From the IMG/VR virus record IMGVR_UViG_3300025635_000118, positions 1 through 29,884 of that record: a stretch of DNA of 29,884 nt, one strand, 5' to 3'. Below the pieces are notes generated by a model that had not been told where the DNA came from, made no database searches, and saw nothing but the letters and a program-made list of their open reading frames with translations. How positions within the stretch are numbered: position 1 is the stretch's first letter; each line of letters starts with the position of its first letter. Shown here one piece after another: positions 25,956 to 29,884 of this stretch. A program made the translations under genes and the position numbers. The stretch is from a virus. Its lineage: Duplodnaviria; Caudoviricetes.

Positions 25956-26105
25956 TTAGCTTCCACAATAGAGACAAGAGCTGTCATTTTCATTGTATTC
26001 ACCTGCTAAGATTTTTTTGCATTCTTCATTAACCTGTTCGTCGTTCCAGTCAGGGTGGAATGCCTTAACCTGTGCTCTTAAAAACATATATTGCTCTTGT
26101 TCCAT
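25956..26105 (-). CDS. 49-aa acidic microprotein ending CLYCGS (not in ORF track)
   Basis: MEQEQYMFLRAQVKAFHPDWNDEQVNEECKKILAGEYNENDSSCLYCGS; promoter box 6 nt upstream. Confidence 0.75.
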   Translation of the reverse strand: MEQEQYMFLRAQVKAFHPDWNDEQVNEECKKILAGEYNENDSSCLYCGS

Positions 26106-26111
26106 TCGTAA

Positions 26112-26119
26112 CAAATATA
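26112..26119 (-). promoter_or_regulatory. Bacteroidota -7 box TATATTTG, first promoter of the minus-strand module
   Basis: TAnnTTTG 6 nt before the ATG at 26105. Confidence 0.65.
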
Positions 26120-26500
26120 CATATAAAATTGTTACAAGGTTACAATGTGTTTTATAAAGGAAAAATGTTGTGATTTTTGTACCTGATAAGGTACATTATA
26201 GTATGATTATTCAGTCATTAGCTTAAAAAACTCCCGATAGGGTATGATAAATCATTCTTTTGTCGAAACTATAGTAAACTTTTGAGACAAACTAATGTGG
26301 ATAATTGTCACCATAATAAGGGTTATCGTTGATAATAATCCCCAATGGGTATCGGCAAATTATAGATTATCAAATTAAGTGAAATATGATAGACAAATAG
26401 ATTTGATGTTAAAGAATGAGAATCAAAGATGAAGTGTCAAGTTTTTTACACCATTTAGTTGACATCGACAAGATGGGGAGTAGAACTCACCAACTGGAAA

Positions 26501-26563
26501 AAAAATTTTTAGGGGGAAATTTTTTGAGGGTTAAAAATTTTTAGATGGGAAATTTTTGAGAGT
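26501..26563. repeat. Imperfect 31-bp direct repeat x2 (32-bp period) of AAATTTTT tracts and G-runs
   Basis: aaaaatttttagggggaaattttttgagggt / aaaaatttttagatgggaaatttttgagagt. Confidence 0.8.
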
Positions 26564-26638
26564 GATGTCCTACGTATTCAAAGACCCCGGCTAAGTATTG
26601 TGCATCGGAATGTCCCGGTCACATAATACCACAATCAT

Positions 26639-26800
26639 ATGCAACTGATTCAATCTTCAAAAGGTGCCGGTTTGGCTACCATCTCTTGGTCATTTCCAGA
26701 AGGAAAACCACCTGTACAAGACATGGACTTTATCTGCTGGGTTCGTCGTGACGATCCGCAGTATGATGCTGTTCTTGCCCATATGAAGGCGGCCCTGTAA
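26639..26800 (+). CDS. 53-aa hypothetical protein, first plus-strand gene (not in ORF track)
   Basis: MQLIQSSKGAGLATISWSFPEGKPPVQDMDFICWVRRDDPQYDAVLAHMKAAL; stop codon sits in a hairpin loop. Confidence 0.6.
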   Translation: MQLIQSSKGAGLATISWSFPEGKPPVQDMDFICWVRRDDPQYDAVLAHMKAAL

Positions 26801-26880
26801 GGGGTCCCTTCGGGGGTTGGGGAGTTCAGGGAATAATCATCACGATGTTAAGTGATTGATTACCAGGATCTCTCCAACTC
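26793..26880 (+). other. Hairpin cluster (GUAA and UUCG tetraloops plus a long irregular stem)
   Basis: CCCT-GTAA-GGGG; CCC-TTCG-GGG; GTTGGGGAG/CTCTCCAAC enclosing TAATCATCAC/GTGATTGATTA. Confidence 0.6.
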
Positions 26881-26940
26881 TTTAAAGGCAAATTGACTAA
26901 TGCCTACAAATTAGTCTATACAATGTTATAACACAATGTT

Positions 26941-27042
26941 ATGGAAAAGCAACAGCAACAAGGTTTCTTTATAGGTGCTTCAGTAGCAACAATCATATGG
27001 TTGTTTGTTATTCTCAGCATCCTATTAGGACCAGTTTTATAG
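26941..27042 (+). CDS. 33-aa single-TM peptide (not in ORF track)
   Basis: MEKQQQQGFFIGASVATIIWLFVILSILLGPVL. Confidence 0.55.
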   Translation: MEKQQQQGFFIGASVATIIWLFVILSILLGPVL

Positions 27043-27108
27043 ACATTACTACCAACAGCATTGAGGTCTGATTTGTAAACACAAGTCTTTCGACTGATAT
27101 GTTGTTGG

Positions 27109-27367
27109 TTTGTATTAATGCACCATTCCAACTTCACAAGGGTTGGCAGTTGTTACATATTATACTCTCATCTAATTGCAGGATATTTTTGCCATGTAAA
27201 CCCTTTTAATTAAGGTAACTTCGTCGCCCTCGGGATTGGGAGTAAGCAAAAATATAATTGTGGTCATGCTAATATAGGGAAAAGAACCATATTAGATAAT
27301 TCCACATTAAGGGTTGCAACCTTGTGAGAGTATGATTATGTAACAACTGAATGCAGAGTGGTACAAA
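27109..27367 (+). ncRNA. Twister ribozyme, type P1, with greatly extended P5
   Basis: P1 UUUGUAU/GUACAAA; U^AA; P2 UGCA/UGCA; P4 CCAAC/GUUGG with loop UUCACAAGG; pseudoknots CAC/GUG and CC/GG; conserved GA after P2; P5 of 24 bp. Confidence 0.8.
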
Positions 27368-27388
27368 TCATTAACTAAATTATCGAAC

Positions 27389-27604
27389 ATGGATAAAATC
27401 ATAATTCCAAACATTGACAGAAATAAATCTTATCATTCATTAGTTGGACATCTATTAAAACCAATTACTAAGTTCATTCCTGTATATCCTACTGGATGTT
27501 CTTGTCAATATGGATATCATTGCGATGATCCAGACTTTGATTGGAATCAACCTGTTCATTACGAAGAGGTTGATATCAATGACCCTAGAACTAGAATTAA
27601 CTAA
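27389..27604 (+). CDS. Hypothetical Cys/His protein
   Basis: 71 aa with CSCQYGYHC; starts 21 nt after the ribozyme. Confidence 0.6.
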   Translation: MDKIIIPNIDRNKSYHSLVGHLLKPITKFIPVYPTGCSCQYGYHCDDPDFDWNQPVHYEEVDINDPRTRIN

Positions 27605-27614
27605 ATCATTAATT

Positions 27615-27848
27615 ATGGATAACATAACAATGAACAAAGAAAGTATGCTGTGGTTCTTCGAAAGAATGCACGGCAGATTACCACAATCAGCTGAGGAATT
27701 TACAGAGTTCTGTAAACCACCAACACATAAACCAACTTTATGTGTAGATTGTGAAGTATGCACAGCATCAGTTGGTATTGATGTGTGTCCAACTTGTGAA
27801 TCAAATAGAACCATGAATGGTTACTATGATGATTATCACAGTGAATAG
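27615..27848 (+). CDS. Zn-ribbon protein (start revised to 27615)
   Basis: CVDCEVC...CPTC; this start avoids overlap with the previous ORF. Confidence 0.6.
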   Translation: MDNITMNKESMLWFFERMHGRLPQSAEEFTEFCKPPTHKPTLCVDCEVCTASVGIDVCPTCESNRTMNGYYDDYHSE

Positions 27849-27943
27849 ACAATAGAAAGGACGTGATATTCGTCGTATTCCTAGGCATGAAGACAAACTG
27901 CCTTATATTCTTTTGGATTTACATAAATCAACATATAAAAATC

Positions 27944-28528
27944 ATGAGTTACAACACTCTAAATTCTGGATCATTGCAGGGATTGCAAATGAATCAGACC
28001 TTGATGGTATCGGCTAGGAAAGTTGCTGGTAACAAAATTCAATTGGAATTTGCTGAGATTCTTCAAAAAGAATCTACTCAAGCAGTTAATCCACTTGCAT
28101 TATTCAACAAATCAGACTCTCGTTTCTCACAAGGAGGAGCTAGACGTGCATGGATGACTGTTGAACCATCAGATGCATCTGCTTTATTAGGCATTGATTT
28201 ATCTGATGCTAACCCATCGTGGACTACTGATGTTTTAGGACGTGAAGTTCTAGCATTAAACATCTTGAATCCACAAGTATTAATTGGTGATGAACTAATT
28301 AATCTAAAGGTTGAAGTTGTAGAAACAACTGAACCTTCTGAGTATCAATCTGCTAATCTTGACACGAGTGCTAAACGTCGTGGAAAAGATGGAGCCTTTT
28401 GTACTCATAAAGGTAAGTACATCTTTGCTAACACTCGTATTGCTTTCAACAAAGCAAATCATGTGTTCTTAGAGATGGATGCAGTTACTACAACAGCTTC
28501 TGTTACTTCTGACGGAATTTATAACTAA
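27944..28528 (+). CDS. 194-aa hypothetical early protein (start revised)
   Basis: ATG 27944 has an A-rich upstream context; followed by strong hairpins. Confidence 0.75.
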   Translation: MSYNTLNSGSLQGLQMNQTLMVSARKVAGNKIQLEFAEILQKESTQAVNPLALFNKSDSRFSQGGARRAWMTVEPSDASALLGIDLSDANPSWTTDVLGREVLALNILNPQVLIGDELINLKVEVVETTEPSEYQSANLDTSAKRRGKDGAFCTHKGKYIFANTRIAFNKANHVFLEMDAVTTTASVTSDGIYN

Positions 28529-28538
28529 TTCTGTCAAA

Positions 28539-28585
28539 ACTTGATAGAGTGTTAAGGGGGAAACCCCTTAACATTTTATTCAAGT
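28539..28585 (+). terminator. Long GAAA-capped hairpin (terminator or processing stem)
   Basis: ACTTGATAGAGTGTTAAGGGG-GAAA-CCCCTTAACATTTTATTCAAGT. Confidence 0.65.
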
Positions 28586-28625
28586 ATGTGTAAATGTGTT
28601 TGAATAAAATTAATCTCTAACTCAA

Positions 28626-28787
28626 ATGAAAAAGCATACCTTCTATGTATTACTGTACTTTGCAGTAATGATTGTTGTAGCATCATTAGTATCTTGTAGT
28701 TCAAAAACTATGAATGTGTATACTAAATGCTATGATAAAGACATCAACGTTAAAAATTATAACCCAAGACCAATTCCTGGTCGATAA
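28626..28787 (+). CDS. 53-aa lipoprotein (not in ORF track)
   Basis: MKKH, hydrophobic core, lipobox LVS-C24. Confidence 0.7.
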   Translation: MKKHTFYVLLYFAVMIVVASLVSCSSKTMNVYTKCYDKDINVKNYNPRPIPGR

Positions 28788-28799
28788 ATTCTAAAACAA

Positions 28800-28931
28800 A
28801 TGGAAGAATCATTCATTTATTTCTACAAATTAGCTGATGGTACTGAGTGTGCCACAACTAATGAAACCTTTGCTGTATTGAGGTCTCAGCAAGAAGGAAC
28901 AGACATTGTATTTGCACAACCAATATCGTAA
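28800..28931 (+). CDS. 43-aa hypothetical protein (not in ORF track)
   Basis: MEESFIYFYKLADGTECATTNETFAVLRSQQEGTDIVFAQPIS; packs tightly between neighbours. Confidence 0.6.
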   Translation: MEESFIYFYKLADGTECATTNETFAVLRSQQEGTDIVFAQPIS

Positions 28932-28935
28932 TAGT

Positions 28936-29103
28936 ATGAAAAAGCATTTACAAATCCACTTAGAATACGAAAAAGTATTCGTGTTCTTCCCCACAATTGC
29001 CTTTGGGGAATGTGAAGCTACTAACACTTATTGGACTGCATTTGTATTTGGTCCATTCAGATTGAAGTTTAAGTTAATTGCTAATATTATAGCACAAGAC
29101 TAG
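28936..29103 (+). CDS. 55-aa aromatic-rich hypothetical protein (start revised)
   Basis: ATG 4 nt after the previous stop. Confidence 0.55.
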   Translation: MKKHLQIHLEYEKVFVFFPTIAFGECEATNTYWTAFVFGPFRLKFKLIANIIAQD

Positions 29104-29115
29104 GGTTAGATAAGG

Positions 29116-29168
29116 ACAAGAAAATGCATTAGAGATTAGTGGTATTATCTCTTTTGCATTTGTCTTGT
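29116..29168 (+). other. Long imperfect hairpin (terminator/processing site)
   Basis: ACAAGA-AAATGCA-AGAGAT paired with ATCTCT-TGCATTT-TCTTGT. Confidence 0.6.
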
Positions 29169-29176
29169 TATATTTG
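29169..29176 (+). promoter_or_regulatory. Bacteroidota -7 box TATATTTG
   Basis: TAnnTTTG just after the hairpin and upstream of a structured region. Confidence 0.45.
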
Positions 29177-29196
29177 TTTAATAAAAGATATAAACT

Positions 29197-29314
29197 AATC
29201 ACGGTACCAGCTCGTGCACTGGCTAGCTACCACACCTTGGATGAACGATGTTAGATTGAGATGTACATATACTTCTAACTAATCACTAAACTCTAGTAAA
29301 CTGGTATCGTGATT
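29197..29314 (+). ncRNA. Candidate structured RNA closed by a 14-bp stem
   Basis: AATCACGGTACCAG/CTGGTATCGTGATT (one G-U); internal GTTAGA/TCTAAC. Confidence 0.5.
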
Positions 29315-29523
29315 TAACTTCTTAGCTCCGTTGATCAGGAGATCGTAAAACACAGAATGCCTCTTGAATCGTACCAGCTATACTATTATGGTATAGACGA
29401 ACTTAATGCACACTATCTGTTCTCATCGTATAGGAGATAGAGTTAGCTTTCTCGACGTCGTTTAAAAAGGTTGACAGCTTGGAAAGACAGCCACCTTCGG
29501 ATGTAACCTTAAAAATAAAAATT

Positions 29524-29793
29524 ATGAGTAAAAGAATTAAATGGTGGAAACTATTAATAGTTTTCTTTTCAGCTATTGTATTAGAGGCAAATAGTATTGC
29601 TGGATTCAGATTTCTTATGGATAAGAACTGGATAGGTATGGTGCTTATGGTAGGCATCAATCCATTCCTATGCTTGCCAATGAATCACTATACGATAGAA
29701 GTTAAAACTTTCAAAGAGAGGGCATTGATTGCTCTTGCATTCAGTTTGGGCTTTTCAGTTGGAGTGGCTACAATTAGACCGTTTTTTATTTAG
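29524..29793 (+). CDS. 89-aa three-TM membrane protein (start revised)
   Basis: Three hydrophobic segments; Glu within the first. Confidence 0.65.
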   Translation: MSKRIKWWKLLIVFFSAIVLEANSIAGFRFLMDKNWIGMVLMVGINPFLCLPMNHYTIEVKTFKERALIALAFSLGFSVGVATIRPFFI

Positions 29794-29884
29794 AAAATAA
29801 AATTAATTAACTATGGGTTATATGAAGTGGGTAAAAAGCCTGATGGATACAGGTCGGTGTGTACAGCTTAAACATAAGTATGTA

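Noticed and set aside
27171-27360. Group I intron-like words (TAATTGCAGGA, CAACTGAATG)
   Set aside because: No P7 or S element found and no interrupted gene; the twister model explains the flanks better
29403-29440. Second UAAUGCAC resembling a twister cleavage strand
   Set aside because: No matching L4 loop or UGCA-GA partner found nearby
26916-29660. Minus-strand ORFs in the plus-strand region (26916-27137, 27455-27814, 27700-27888, 28078-28263, 28830-29027, 29403-29660)
   Set aside because: Antisense to tightly packed plus-strand genes or RNA elements
1-29884. Stop-codon reassignment, as in some crAss-like phages
   Set aside because: Long genes are intact in code 11; TAG (terL) and TGA (12486, 19769, 20992, 25137) act as stops at tight junctions
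26120-29884. tRNA genes or a CRISPR array in the non-coding stretches
   Set aside because: No cloverleaf with a T-loop consensus and no regularly spaced repeat-spacer units seen by eye; tRNAscan-SE would be needed to exclude atypical tRNAs

Overview
Fragment of a dsDNA tailed phage genome with crAss-like (Crassvirales-type) organisation. The host is most likely a Bacteroidota member, judged from TAnnTTTG promoter boxes and A-rich start contexts without Shine-Dalgarno sequences; the code is standard 11. Positions 1-26105 are one minus-strand late/virion module. In transcription order it holds small ORFs, a fibre protein, a lysis cassette, GroES-like, HU/IHF-like, terminase large subunit, portal, Dps/ferritin-like, an 875-aa zincin-containing protein, an acidic scaffold-like protein, major capsid protein, ring/hub/fibre proteins, a metallophosphoesterase and small basic proteins. 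A ~520-bp non-coding divergence zone (26120-26638) separates it from a plus-strand region of small, early-type ORFs interleaved with many structured RNAs. Highlights read by eye: (1) a type-P1 twister ribozyme (27109-27367) whose P5 arm carries a ~155-nt pseudoknotted insert; (2) a ~210-nt two-domain structured RNA with its own promoter ahead of the late genes; (3) a recurring xxGG / GGFKxDPP motif dividing putative head-cargo proteins into cassettes; (4) an uncalled 49-aa microprotein ending in an RNR-like CLYCGS tail; (5) apparently leaderless late promoters, two of them paired with a conserved 30-bp upstream motif. All family assignments come from recalled motifs and synteny, not from database searches.
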